Origin: Macrostomum lignano
Taxonomy: Eukaryota
Length of the DNA stretch: 64,000 nt
Assembly (NCBI GenBank): GCA_002269645.1
Contig: NIVC01002962.1
Span: 39,559-103,558, forward strand
Direction of reading: 5' to 3'
Below the pieces are notes generated by a model, which saw nothing but the letters and a program-made list of their open reading frames with translations, was not told the DNA's origin and ran no database searches. The position numbers and the translations under genes were made by a program. This document shows positions 33,621 through 47,477 of the stretch, piece by piece. Position 1 is the first letter of the stretch, and the number at the start of each line of letters is the position of its first letter.

Positions 33621-36600
33621 CATACATGCGCAACTGCTGGCCGACCTGGCCGATCCGGCCACCGTAAATCGTGGCTGACCAGGGGTAAGTCGCAAAATTG
33701 AGTCAACCAAAAACCGAAAAACACAAGAACCAAGAAAGGCAAGAGGAAAGCGAAAGAAAGAGCAGTTCAGGGAAAATGGTGAAGCAAAAGAAAAACAATT
33801 CGCAAAAGAAGCAAGCTAAGTTGTAAAAATAATCAGGTAAGTCGCAAAAAGGATTAGGTAAGTCGCAAAAGAAGCAAACTAAGTCGCAAAAAGGATCAGG
33901 TAAGTCGCAAAAAGGATCAGGTAAGTCGCAAAAAGGATTAGGTAAGTCGCAAAAAGGATCAGGTAAGTCGCAAAAAGGATCAGGTAAGTCGAAAAAAGGA
34001 TCAGGTAAGTCGCAAAAAGGATCAGGTAAGTCGCAAAAAGGATTAGGTAAGTCGCAAAAAGGATCAGGTAAGTCGCAAAAGGGTTAGGTAAGTCGCAAAA
34101 AGGATTAGGTAAGTCGCAAAAAGGATTAGGTAAGTCGCAAAAGGGTTAGGTAAGTTGCAAAAAGGATTAAGTAAGTTGCAAAAAGGATTAGGTAAGTCGC
34201 AAAAAGGATTAGGTAAGTCGCAAAAGGATTAGGTAAGTCGCAAAAAGGATTAGGTAAGTCGCAAAAAGGATTAGGTAAGTCGCAAAAGGATTAGGTAAGT
34301 CGCAAAAAGGATTAGGTAAGTCGCAAAAAGGATTAAGTAAGTCGCAAAAAGGATTAGGTAAGTCGCAAAAGGGTTAGGTAAGTCGCAAAAAGGATTAGGT
34401 AAGTCGCAAAAAGGATTAGGTAAGTCGCAAAAGGATTAGGTAAGTCGCAAAAAGGATTAGGTAAGTCGCAAAAAGGATTAGGTAAGTCGCAAAAGGGTTA
34501 GGTAAGTCGCAAAAAGGATTAGGTAAGTCGCAAAAAGGATTAGGTAAGTCGCAAAAGGATTAGGTAAGTCGCAAAAGGATTAGGTAAGTCGCAAAAAGGA
34601 TTAGGTAAGTCGCAAAAAGGATTAGGTAAGTCGCAAAAGGGTTAGGTAAGTCGCAAAAGGATTAGGTAAGTCGCAAAAAGGATTAAGTAAGTCGCAAAAA
34701 GGATTAGGTAAGTCGCAAAAGGGTTAGGTAAGTCGCAAAAAGGATTAGGTAAGTCGCAAAAAGGATTAGGTAAGTCGCAAAAGGATTAGGTAAGTCGCAA
34801 AAAGGATTAGGTAAGTCGCAAAAAGGATTAGGTAAGTCGCAAAAGGATTAGGTAAGTCGCAAAAAGGATTAGGTAAGTCGCAAAAAGGATTAGGTAAGTC
34901 GCAAAAAGAAGCAACTAAGTCGCAATAAGAGGGAAGTAAGTCACAATCAGAGGCAATCAGGGGGTAGTAGGTGCAAGTGTGGCAGGAGAGCAAAAACAGA
35001 ATAGAAGCCTTCAACCACAGACAAGATCTTTGAAATCAGAAGCCCGCGTCAACAGTTTCCCATTGATTTCTTAAACTCTGGAGCAGGGGTCGGCAAACTC
35101 CGGCTCGCGAAGCCCCTCTATCTGGCCCTCGCCCCTCGGGTTCTTTGAAACTTCCTAACTAGCAAGGTTGGTGTCTCTTTAACTCTCATCTCTCTCTTCT
35201 TCTCTACCTTGCCTCCCCTCTTCTCTCTCTCCCCCTTTTCCCTCTTCTCTCTCCTCTCATTTTTACTCTCCTCTCTTCTCCCCCTTTCTCTACCCTTTCT
35301 CCTCAATGCCCTCTTCTCTCCTCTTATCTTCAGCAAAAATATGTGCATATTTTCTTACTTCAAAGTAGAGGGAATAGAAGATTAGAGATAAGCAAACAGA
35401 GGAGAGGCGAGCGTTCCCGTTGAATTTTGAGTTTTTAAAGTAGGCATGAAAGGTGAAGAGTTTTGCACCTTCTGCCTCACTTTCGCCTCTTTTATGCCTA
35501 TTTTGTGCCACTTGTGCACCGCGTGTTCACCTGAGTGCCTCTGCAGGGTCAGAAGGTGAATATAAGGCACGAAATAGGTGGTAGGGGCACAGGTGTCATA
35601 GGGGAGTTTGGTGTATTAAAGGTGCACAGTGTGCATTAGAGGCACAAAAGGTGAACAAAGTAGGAATTGGGGGCATTGGTGGAGTGAAAGGTGAAAAAGG
35701 TGCGCTGTGGTGGAGGTGCATAAAAAGTGTACAGTGTGCATTGGAGGCACAAAAGGTGAACAAACGGTGCACAGTGGGCACTTTAGGTGTAGAGGCAATG
35801 CAAGGGGCGTTCCAACTTGCGAAAGTTCTTTGCTACTTTTTCTTATTATTCTTTAAACAGATTCAAAGCTTTTCATCACTTTTCGGAACTTTTCCTGAGT
35901 ATTTGAAAGTTATTAAAACTTATCAGTACAGGAAATGCTTACTTTTGTGGTTAGTCAGGATCAGGAAGGGGATAGCAGCAATTAGTATAGGTGTAAATAA
36001 AGCTTTTCTATGTTCGATCTGTGCGTGCAATGTACGAGTATGTAACTCTCAGTTAATTTTTTGTTACTGATTATTAATGCGTTAATTCGTGCATAGGCAT
36101 GAAAGGTGAGCGAGGTGCACAGAAGAGGCACTTTGGGGTCTATTTCGAGCGTGTTTTGGAAATGCACCTGTATACATATTTACGCTGCAACATGTACACC
36201 TTATGCACCTCTAATTCACCTTTTGTGCACTTTCTGCGCCCCTTCAGCACCTTTACTGCCCCTACCGCCGCAGCCAATCAAAATTGAGAATTCACCTACT
36301 GCCTGACCACTTCACCGATTTTACACCTTTCATGCCTCTTTTCAAAAATATTGGTGACATTTAGGCATAAAAGGTGCACTCAGGTGCATTTCCAAAACAC
36401 ACACGAAATAGGCCACCAAAGTGCCTCTTTTGTGCACCTCGCTCACCTTTTGTGCCTCTGCAGGTGCATAACTTTTCCAACGGGGTTGCGATGGGAGAAA
36501 AGATAGAAGAGGAGAGGAAAGCTGAGGGAGGAAAAAGAGATGAGAGAGAAGAGGAGATTAGAGGAAAGAGGAAAGAAAAGATGATGGATGAGATCAGAAG

Positions 36601-37508
36601 AGAGAAAAGAGGAAAGAGGAGAGAGTAGATGAGAGAAGAGAGGATAAAGAGGAGATGAGAGGAGAGTGAAGAGAAGAGAGATGAGAGAGTAGAGAAGAGA
36701 GGAGAGATAAGATGAGAGAGTAGAGTGGAGAGAGACGAGAGGGAAGATAAGATGAGAGAGTAGAGTGGAATGGAGAGAGACGAGAAGAGAGATAAGAATG
36801 TAGAGAGGAGACAGAAGAGATAGGAGAGGAGAGGAAAGAGAGGAGAGAGGAGAGGAAAGAGAGAAGGGATAAGGGATGAGAGAGAAAAGAAAAAGAGGAT
36901 GAGAAGATTGAGGAATGGAGAGAATTTGCAAAGGCCTCAAATCTTAGTTTAACATGCATTACTCCCATCTTTGCCTTTTTCCTAACTGTTAACAAGTTTT
37001 TGTTTGAGCATGACTTCAAATTTAGAATCTATGCAAAAATAGTTCCGGGAATTAGAATTCAGTGGTTTAAAAATCTGTGGGTTTTCACAGCTTGTATCTC
37101 TACTGGATTCGTATTCTGCATCTGATGAGCCATCTGAATCAGGGCTCTCATCTTCCATGCCAAATCGTCTAGCAAATCGTTCTTGAGCTATAGGTCACAC
37201 TGTATTCACTTCACTTACTTCTGGACATTCATGAATCATGACTTTTGTAGTATGCTCACTACACTGTACTGACAATTTACTAATTGCTTCATGCCGCCAC
37301 TAGATGACATACTGATTAGCTGTTATAAAAACGCGAAATCTGCACGCAGCACTAATTAGCTGGCGAGGCATTTAGCTTTAAAAATATAGTCATAGTTACT
37401 CCTGCCGTTTACCTAAAGTTTTTGCTTGGCTCTTTCATAGGTAAGTCGCATTTTTTATCGAAAACTAAGTCGCACGGCCAGCGTAATTTCAGAAGTTGCG
37501 CATGTATG
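33621..37508. mobile_element. Non-autonomous hAT-superfamily DNA transposon, 3888 bp
   Basis: Perfect 15-bp TIRs CATACATGCGCAACT (33621-33635) and AGTTGCGCATGTATG (37494-37508); perfect 8-bp TSD ACGTCATA (33613-33620, 37509-37516); no transposase ORF inside. Confidence 0.92.
33837..34910 (+). repeat. 21-bp minisatellite GGTAAGTCGCAAAAAGGATTA (about 50 copies) inside the hAT element
   Basis: Period 21 read directly (20-bp variants); the core AAGTCGCA recurs near both element ends. Confidence 0.97.
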
Positions 37509-37560
37509 ACGTCATATGAGTCCTTGAACAGCTGAGCGATTTTCATGAGTGCTTCAGATT

Positions 37561-37848
37561 ATCTGATCGATTCCCACTTGAGTCACTGCACATCTGATCG
37601 ATTCCCACTTGAGTCACTGCACATCTGATCGGTTCCCACTTGAGTCACTGCACATCTGATCGATTCCCACTTGAGTCACTGCACATCCGATCGATTCCCA
37701 CTTGAGTCACTGCACATCCGATCGATTCCCACTTGAGTCACTGCACATCCGATCGATTCCCACTTGAGTCACTGCACATCCGATCGATTCCCACTTGAGT
37801 CACTGCACATCCGATCGATTCCCACTTGAGTCACTGCACATCTGATCG
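37561..37848. repeat. 31-bp minisatellite CACATCYGATCGATTCCCACTTGAGTCACTG (about 9 copies)
   Basis: Direct read. Confidence 0.96.
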
Positions 37849-38859
37849 TTTAAGCCTACAGTTCATAAAGTGATAGATATTCGACCTATGTTAAAGTTTT
37901 GGTTAAAATTTTCAATCTATGCATTCAGTTTGGCTAGTTGACATTGACACAGTTATTGTACCAATGACTAGCAGATAAACGAATCTATTTTTAGCTAGAA
38001 CGCTAAAAGTACATCGTAACTCTGAAACTGTCTAGTGCTGCAATTTATATTCCTGGCTTTACTTCCTTGGCCATCAGTCTATAACACGAGCTAGGTTTAA
38101 TACTCTGTTTTATCCAAATTATAAACAAAGCATGAATTTAAAACTTTACGAACATTTGGCTATTAACATGATGCAGAATCAAATAAGCTTGCTAGGCTTC
38201 TGCAATTTTAATTTTGCGTGCTAAATACTCCTAATTGCTGTCTGCAGTGGCGCCCTGGTAATTGGTGGCATTTTATGAGCTCCAGTTAAGTTTGCTGACT
38301 AACCAATCGGCTAGTTTTTAGCCTGACAAAACCAGACGGTTCAATGCTTATTTTTAAATTATTTATTTTATGCATCCAATAAACTTTGATTGAGCAGCTG
38401 TGGCTATAATTAAATTTCTCAGTCCGTTTTACCAGGTCTAACTGGACCAGTTAGCGTCTAGCATACCCGAGTACTTCAACGTTAATTTCATTTCTCAACA
38501 AGCTCATTGAACTGCTTTGGCCCTCTGTCGATTAAATTAGTTTTCGGGAGATGGGGGCAGAGGTTTTAAGGCGCTAGCGAAAAGTACCATCCATCCATCT
38601 CCATCTCACTGAGCCTGGCTTTTCTCTCACCCATTTTGTCTTGTACATTTAATTGTGTTTTTTTTCATAGGTTGTCTCAACCCCATCTTTTGTTGCTTTG
38701 CAGTAGGTAATTATACGAGCTATGATGGTCCGTAACTCGGCAAAGTAAGTCAGTCAGTCAGCACAAATGTAAGTTTCTAATTAGTAATATTTTTATTTTA
38801 GTACAGATAGTAACATTTGTCTACTGCTTTTGTACTTGTTTGTTCATCTGTCTCATTGT

Positions 38860-40551
<1,692 letters not shown>

Positions 40552-41329
40552 GTTTTAAATAACGACACAGTCAGACTATAGAGACCCAACAAAATACTTT
40601 CGAAATCCGTAGGCTAGCAGCAAAAGTGCATTCCGTGGTGGCGCCTGTAAAGCACAGAAGACCCGGCTGCAGTTGGCGGCAATTTTGTTTCCCCAGGGGA
40701 ATTTCTGGAGGCTATTTCAAACCTCGGAGGCGGTTGGCCAGTTTTGTTTATTTTATTCCTGATCTCCCATACAGGCGGCTAATGGTTCCAAAAATACCCT
40801 CGGCTGCTGCTGCAATGGGCCCGTCATCTTGTACGCTTGAGACTGGGGATTATTCAAAGGAGGGGGGGGGGGAGAAATGTGTTATTTTTTTTCGAGAGCA
40901 TCGGCATCATTGGGCGTGTTGCTGAATTTTATTAAATTTGCCTTTTTGTTTATTTGCATTGTAAAAGCAAATTTGTTTTGTTTTGTCTGTGAGTTCCCTC
41001 CCCCTGCTCTCCCTTTCTACAGTCAAATGAAGACCTTTTTGATAAATCCGCGAATGCCTATTCTGAGACTGACGTTTCAAATTTCAATCAAATTTAAATC
41101 AAGCGCTATATTGTTCTATTCCAACTATTTCTCATTGTGAGCATCGAGGAGTTGCAGGATCTATTAACGAGTATGGTTGGAAATTAGTTTTTTTCAAATG
41201 CCTTTCGCATATAGCTCAATATATAATAGGAGTCGTATAAGCGAGTCCACCAAGGTTACAGCTAAGCCTACTTGAAACAGCGTCTCAATAATAAGGCCAA
41301 TAATGATTTTTGAACCGCGAATTAAGGGC

Positions 41330-41460
41330 AGATCGGTGTTAAATCAGACCTCTGGTTTGATTCCGGGCGCGGCCCAGATTCATTTGGGGCTTGTGTGCTG
41401 TGTGCAATTCACTACAAAGGCACAGAGAGAGTACGATTAGAAAGTCAGGGCCCCTGTCAG
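41330..41460 (+). mobile_element. Degenerate SINE fragment
   Basis: GGTTTGATTCC followed by GCGGCCCAGATT, GGGGCTTGTGTG, GCACAGAGAG and ACGATTAGAAAG, matching the reverse complement of ~10040-10190. Confidence 0.55.
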
Positions 41461-41838
41461 AGTTGCCTCAGAATTGCCTGCTCAATTCAAAACATCTGCT
41501 CTTGTCAGAATTGCCTCAGCGCTGGTTGTTGGACAGATGGGCAGATATTACAGTGTTTTACGAGCGTTTAGTTTTCTAAGAGTATTTTTAACTTCGACTA
41601 GACAAGGACATCTGTCAGTTATATCATGTTCGTTGTTATTACATGTAACTTCCCATGTTTGCTAGTATATATAGACAGTTAAAACCAATAGGTGCTAGAA
41701 TCTAGAATAATCTAGTGTCAGGTTTGCTGTTTAAGAAGCCCCCAGAACCTTTTAATCTGAAAAAAACTTTTAAAAAGTGTATAAAAATTAGTTTCAACTC
41801 TTAAAAGAAAAAAATCGTTTTTGGCTTTTGTGTGTAAA

Positions 41839-43316
41839 CTGAAGCGCCACTGAAGCGACACAAGTAATGTGTTACTGAAGCGCCACAAATAAAGTGTCAC
41901 TGAAGCGCCACAAATAAAGTGTCACTGAAGCGCCACAAATAAAGTGTCACTGAAGCGCCATCAATAATATGTCACTGAAGCGCTACAAATAAAGTGTCAC
42001 TGAAGCGCCACAAATGAGTGTCACTGAAGCGCCACAAATAAAGTGTCATTGAAGCGCCACAAAAAGTGTCACTGAAGCGCCACAAAAAGTGTCATTGAAG
42101 CGCCACAAAAAGTGTCACTGAAGCGCCACAAATAAAGTGTCATTGAAGCGCCACAAATAAAGTGTCATTGAAGCGCCACAAAAAGTGTCATTGAAGCGCC
42201 ACAAATAAAGTGTCACTGAAGCTCCACAAATAAAGTGTCATCGAAGCGCCACAAATAAAGTGTCACTGAAGCGCCACAAATAAAGTGTCATTGAAGCGCC
42301 ACAAATAAAGTGTCATTGAAGCGCCACAAATGAGTGTCACTGAAGCGCCACAAATAAAGTGTCACTGAAGCGCCATCAATAATATGTCACTGAAGCGCTA
42401 CAAATAAAGTGTCACTGAAGCGCCACAAATGAGTGTCACTGAAGCGCCACAAATAAAGTGTCATTGAAGCGCCACAAAAAGTGTCACTGAAGCGCCACAA
42501 AAAGTGTCACTGAAGCGCCACAAAAAGTGTCATTGAAGCGCCACAAAAAGTGTCACTGAAGCGCCACAAATAAAGTGTCATTGTAGCGCCACAAATAAAG
42601 TGTCATTGAAGCGCCACAAAAAGTGTCATTGAAGCGCCACAAATAAAGTGTCACTGAAGCTCCACAAATAAAGTGTCATCGAAGCGCCACAAATAAAGTG
42701 TCACTGAAGCGCCACAAATAAAGTGTCATTGAAGCGCCACAAATAAAGTGTCATTGAAGCGCCACAAATGAGTGTCACTGAAGCGCCACAAATAAAGTGT
42801 CACTGAAGCGCCACAAATAAAGTGTCACTGAAGCGCCACAAATAAAGTGTCACTGAAGCGCCACAAATAAAGTGTCACTGAAGCGCCATCAATAATATGT
42901 CACTGAAGCGCCACAAATGAGTGTCACTGAAGCGCCACAAATAAAGTGTCACTGAAGCGCCACAAATAAAGTGTCACTGAAGCGCCACAAATAAAGTGTC
43001 ACTGAAGCGCCATCAATAATATGTCACTGAAGCGCCACAAATGAGTGTCACTGAAGCGCCACAAATAAAGTGTCACTGAAGCGCCACAAATAAAGTGTCA
43101 CTGAAGCGCCACAAATAAAGTGTCACTGAAGCGCCACAAATAAAGTGTCACTGAAGCGCCACAAATAAAATGTCACTGAAGCGCCACAAATAATATGTCA
43201 CTGAAGCGCCACAAATAAAGTGTCACTGAAGCGCCATCAATAATGTGTCACTGAAGCGCCACAAATAAAGTGTCACTGAAGCGCCATCAATAATATGTCA
43301 CTGAAGCGCTACAAAT
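41839..43316. repeat. 25-bp minisatellite CACTGAAGCGCCACAAATAAAGTGT (22-25 bp variants)
   Basis: Period 25 read directly. Confidence 0.97.
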
Positions 43317-44057
43317 GGGTAATATCGACTAGAAAATCTGTCCAAGGTAAACAGAAAAATATTTATAATCAGCGTGGAAATCAAATATCAAAATCAAACT
43401 GCCTGTCATTGAGGATGATTTTGTCAGTCTGAATGTGCATTTCAATAACGCCTCTTTATTCTATAGGCATTCGATCATTTTTCATAATGGAATTGCAGAC
43501 AGCTTGCGACTGTTGCACAATTGTGGCCGTTGTGGCAGCTGGCTTTGTTCAAGATAAACACGACTCTGTCTCCAAGCGCATAGGAGATCTGTGCTGAAGC
43601 CTGTATACAGGCTTGAATTTACAGAGATAAAGATAGGGAGAAGAAGCTCAGGCAAATGAAGCACAAAGAAAGATGGCTGCAAGCTCTTCAAGCGATTTTT
43701 TTGCTTCAAATGAGAAGCTGAAGAGGGCGAGACCAGCTAACGAAAAAAGAGGCTGCGCACTCTTTTACCTCTCTCCATCTGTGTTTTTGCCCTACTTCTG
43801 TGCGTGTCGTCAAAGGATTGCCCGTCTCATGTGTGCTCAATCTTTCCGTTTATGGGTTGAGTTGCTAATTCTCCAGACTTGTACATGTAGCAGTGTGCAG
43901 CATTGAGACTATCGAAATTACGGCAATAATCTCTTGCTTTGGCGGCCTATTTAGTAATTTCGTCTTTTGGTGACATGCTTACTAAGTTAATTGGCATCAA
44001 TTTGACAGAATAAGAGAGAGAACTGTACTCATGTGAGAACAGCAGAAGAGAGGCTAG

Positions 44058-44484
44058 CTGAGCACAGACCCGAGTCTGGGATTTAGGGAGTGTGAGAACA
44101 GGAGAACAAGAGACTGAGCACAGACCAGAGTCTGGGATTTAGGGAGTGTGAGAACAGGAGAACAAGAGACTGAGCACAGACCAGAGTCTGGGATTTAGGG
44201 AGTGTGAGAACAGGAGAACAAGAGACTGAGCACAGACCAGAGTCTGGGATTTAGGGAGTGTGAGAACAGGAGAACAAGAGACTGAGCACAGACCAGAGTC
44301 TGGGATTTAGGGAGTGTGAGAACAGGAGAACAAGAGACTGAGCACAGACCAGAGTCTGGGATTTAGGGAGTGTGAGAACAGGAGAACAAGAGACTGAGCA
44401 CAGACCAGAGTCTGGGATTTAGGGAGTGTGAGAACAGGAGAACAAGAGACTGAGCACAGACCAGAGTCTGGGATTTAGGGAGTG
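44058..44484. repeat. 56-bp tandem repeat, about 7.6 nearly identical copies
   Basis: CTGAGCACAGACC starts at 44058, 44114, 44170 and so on. Confidence 0.97.
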
Positions 44485-44860
44485 CGAGAGCAAGCTAGAA
44501 ATAAGAGAGAGAGAGTCGGACAAAAAGAGAGAAGGAGGCGTATAACGGGTTATTAGAAATGATGCGGGTTAATATGCAGCTGTGGATGGGTTATGGCTGC
44601 AGCTGCTACTCTGGACGGGAAGATGAGGCTCGGGGCGTTGCCGGGGTCGGGGCGGAAAATTGCTATCCATCTCCACTCTTCCTCCCCACCTCCGCCGCAA
44701 TTCCTACCTGTCCGCGCCTGCCCTCATTTTCTGTCCTTTTCACTTCACCCTGTCATTCATCTAATGGCTCCCTCGCGGCAGCCCTCGTTGTAACGCTGCC
44801 TTTTCGCTTTAATCTGACCACACAACAGGTGGTCGCGCTTTCTGTCTGCTAGGCATGTAG

Positions 44861-44862
<2 letters not shown>

Positions 44863-44921
<59 letters not shown>
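44863..44921. repeat. (CT)n microsatellite
   Basis: Direct read. Confidence 0.95.
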
Positions 44922-44923
<2 letters not shown>

Positions 44924-45004
44924 TTCTATTCTGTTCCTTCCGTTCTAGTTGAGCAATAGTTTTAGCCTGAGGTTTGCTATAGTCTCAGACTTTAATTCAT
45001 TAGA

Positions 45005-45297
45005 AGCAGAGGGTTGTGTGCACCCTGGCGCACTTTAAGCGAAATTGTCACCACAACCGGCATTACTGCCCATTCCGCCGACTCCCCTGAGCAGGCACAC
45101 AAGCGCGCGGATACGTACGCAGTCATACACACAGGCACACACTTTATTAATCGTTAGGCATGTACACTTCACTGCGCCTTGGAGCCAAGCCAAGCCTAGA
45201 TTTCAATTTTGCCCCAGATTAATATCACTGCACCTGGAATCGAACCTGTGCCGCTGGTACATCAGAGCGCCGCACCAGATCACTATAGGCTACAGCA
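45005..45297 (-). mobile_element. tRNA-derived SINE, family A
   Basis: Minus-strand A-box-like TAGCCTATAGTGATCTGG (45292-45275) and B box GGTTCGATTCC (45246-45236); body nearly identical to 61113-61438. Confidence 0.8.
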
Positions 45298-45670
45298 CCC
45301 TAGTCGAGTCTCAGACTTTATCCTGCAACCTAGAGGTTTCCGACTTTCATTTCGTGAAAATTCAGTCTAAATGATTCGAATCGTAAATAATACTGTGGTA
45401 GCAACAGCGAGGAAGCTGGCGCAGCACTGGAAGTTTATTTGTTCAAGTGCAGATAGAGATTATTCCAGCGAGTTTCTTTAGCCTTTAGCCTTATACTCTG
45501 GGCTTCTCTGGTATCTCAAGCATGCTCGTTACAATTATTAGATTTTCTGTGCTCGCTTGCTTGCTAACTCGTATTATTTCACCTCGTTGAATTTTGCACT
45601 TGACACTGACTATGCTACGAGTACTCGTATGTACGATACTCATTTTACTTATACAAGCTACTTTAACCTT

Positions 45671-45978
45671 GTAGCCTCTCCTAGTGGTTAGAGCATCAGA
45701 CTGACGACTGAAAGGTCGGGGGTTCGATTCTCGGCCCACTCGGCACAAATGGTATCCCTTGAGCAGGGCAACTAACTCTGCATTAATTCAGTTCACCCAG
45801 CTGTAAAATGGATGCCAGCATTAGCTGCATGGGGTAATGAGGGTCTGTGTGGCGACCCCCCAGTCCTTGGACTGAACAGCCGTACGCAGTCTCCAGATGC
45901 GCCGCGCAATAGCTGCGGCTGAGCTGTCGGTTGCACATCTGCCCATTCGGACGGGTTTAATCAATAATATTAATAAAC
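45671..45978 (+). mobile_element. tRNA-derived CORE-type SINE
   Basis: tRNA-like head (TAGTGGTTAGAGC A-box region, GGTTCGATTC B box at 45721); 45750-45815 CCTTGAGCAGGGCAACTAACTCTG..CAGTTCACCCAGCTGTAAAATGG resembles the MIR/CORE consensus CCTTGGGCAAGTCACTTAACCTCTCTG..CAGTTTCCTCATCTGTAAAATGG; AT-rich tail. Confidence 0.72.
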
Positions 45979-46608
45979 TTTGCAAGCTGTGTCTAATCTT
46001 ATCAGTGCATTTGTACTAGTCTCAAAAGTAAAAAGCTTAGCCATTTCAATTGACTCAGTTTCTCGGCACTTTAACTCCCCGGTTCTCTAAACCTCGCTAC
46101 ATACCGAAAGAAGCCATGTGTGTACAAGTTTTATCTGCATGTCTATGATAAAACCATATTGGATTCGAGCCCTGGTATATAGGAGCTATAGCCCTTTAAA
46201 TATAGGCGGAAGTCTCTTTAAAAGATCTCTCTTCGATATAAACTAAGATTTTCCAATTGCAATATTGCTTTCCTCTTGAAAGCCCATGCTAGAAAGAGGA
46301 GGAGGGAGAGAGACGGCGGGGCGGGTTGGGACTTGGGAGAAAGGAATTAAGCGACGGCCTGTTTCGTGTCTGCGCATATTAAATGCAATCAAAATGCATA
46401 CTAACGAACCGCATCCCACGGTCAATCGAATGTTTCCATGTATCTATAGAGCTTCATCCATTCTACATAAGGTAGATTACCACCTGTGGTTGCGAGCTGG
46501 CCAAGTGTCTGAGATTTTGAGTCATTAAAAGCAGTGGCTAAAAAAACTTTCCTTCAATGTGACTAGAGTTTTGTAGATTACACTATACTGTCAATGGGAA
46601 TCTACCAT

Positions 46609-47477
46609 GACAATGTGAATCTCTAGCTTTGTAGAGTACACTGTACTGTCTTTGACAATGTGAATCTCTAGCTTTGTAGAGTACACTGTACTGTCTTTGA
46701 CAATGTGAATCTCTAGCTTTGTAGAGTACACTGTACTGTCTTTGACAATGTGAATCTCTAGCTTTGTAGAGTACACTGTACTGTCTTTGACAATGTGAAT
46801 CTCTAGCTTTGTAGAGTACACTGTACTGTCTTTGACAATGTGAATCTCTAGCTTTGTAGAGTACACTGTATGCTGTCTTTGACAATGTAAATCTCTAGCT
46901 TTGTAGAGTACACTGTACTGTCTTTGACAATGTGAATCTCTAGCTTTGTAGAGTACACTGTACTGTCTTTGACAATGTGAATCTCTAGCTTTGTAGAGTA
47001 CACTGTACTGTCTTTGACAATGTAAATCTCTAGCTTTGTAGAGTACACTGTACTGTCTTTGACAATGTGAATCTCTAGCTTTGTAGAGTACACTGTATGC
47101 TGTCTTTGACAATGTAAATCTCTAGCTTTGTAGAGTAGCTCGTACACTGTACTGTCTTTGATAATGTAAATCTCTAGCTTTGTAGAGTACACTGTACCTT
47201 GTATTTGACAATGTGAACCTCTAGCTTTGTAGAGTACACTGTACTTTGTATTTGACAATGTGAATCTCTAGCTTTGTAGAGTACACTGTACTGCCTTTGA
47301 CAATGTGAATCTCTAGCTTTGTAGAGTACACTGTACTGCCTTTTACAATGTGAATCTCTAGCTTTGTAGAGTACACTGTACTGCCTTTGACAATGTGAAT
47401 CTCTAGCTTTGTAGAGTACACTGTACTACTGCCTTTGACAATGTGAATCTCTAGCTTTGTAGAGTACACTGTACTGC
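46609..47477. repeat. 45-bp minisatellite GACAATGTGAATCTCTAGCTTTGTAGAGTACACTGTACTGTCTTT (about 19 copies)
   Basis: Direct read; 15-aa periodicity in the ORF track. Confidence 0.97.

Noticed and set aside
35084-35099. CAGGGGTCGGCAAACT, a typical hAT terminal sequence, suggesting a second nested hAT
   Set aside because: I could not find the matching inverted end or a TSD, so no element can be delimited.
43650-43730. MKHKERWLQALQAIF, resembling a PH-domain C-terminal helix
   Set aside because: Very short, closed by stops, no convincing splice sites or upstream PH strands.
44058-44484. Interstitial telomeric repeat (TTTAGGG in each unit)
   Set aside because: Only one isolated heptamer per 56-bp unit, not tandem telomere repeats.
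45671-45740. tRNA gene
   Set aside because: Anticodon stem is mispaired, no clear acceptor stem or Pol III T-run terminator, and it continues into a CORE-like body; better explained as a SINE head.
45880-45950. Short words (CGTACGCAGTC, CTGCCCATTC) shared between the CORE-SINE and SINE family A
   Set aside because: They occur in a different order and in opposite orientation relative to the SINE heads; too short to claim common origin.
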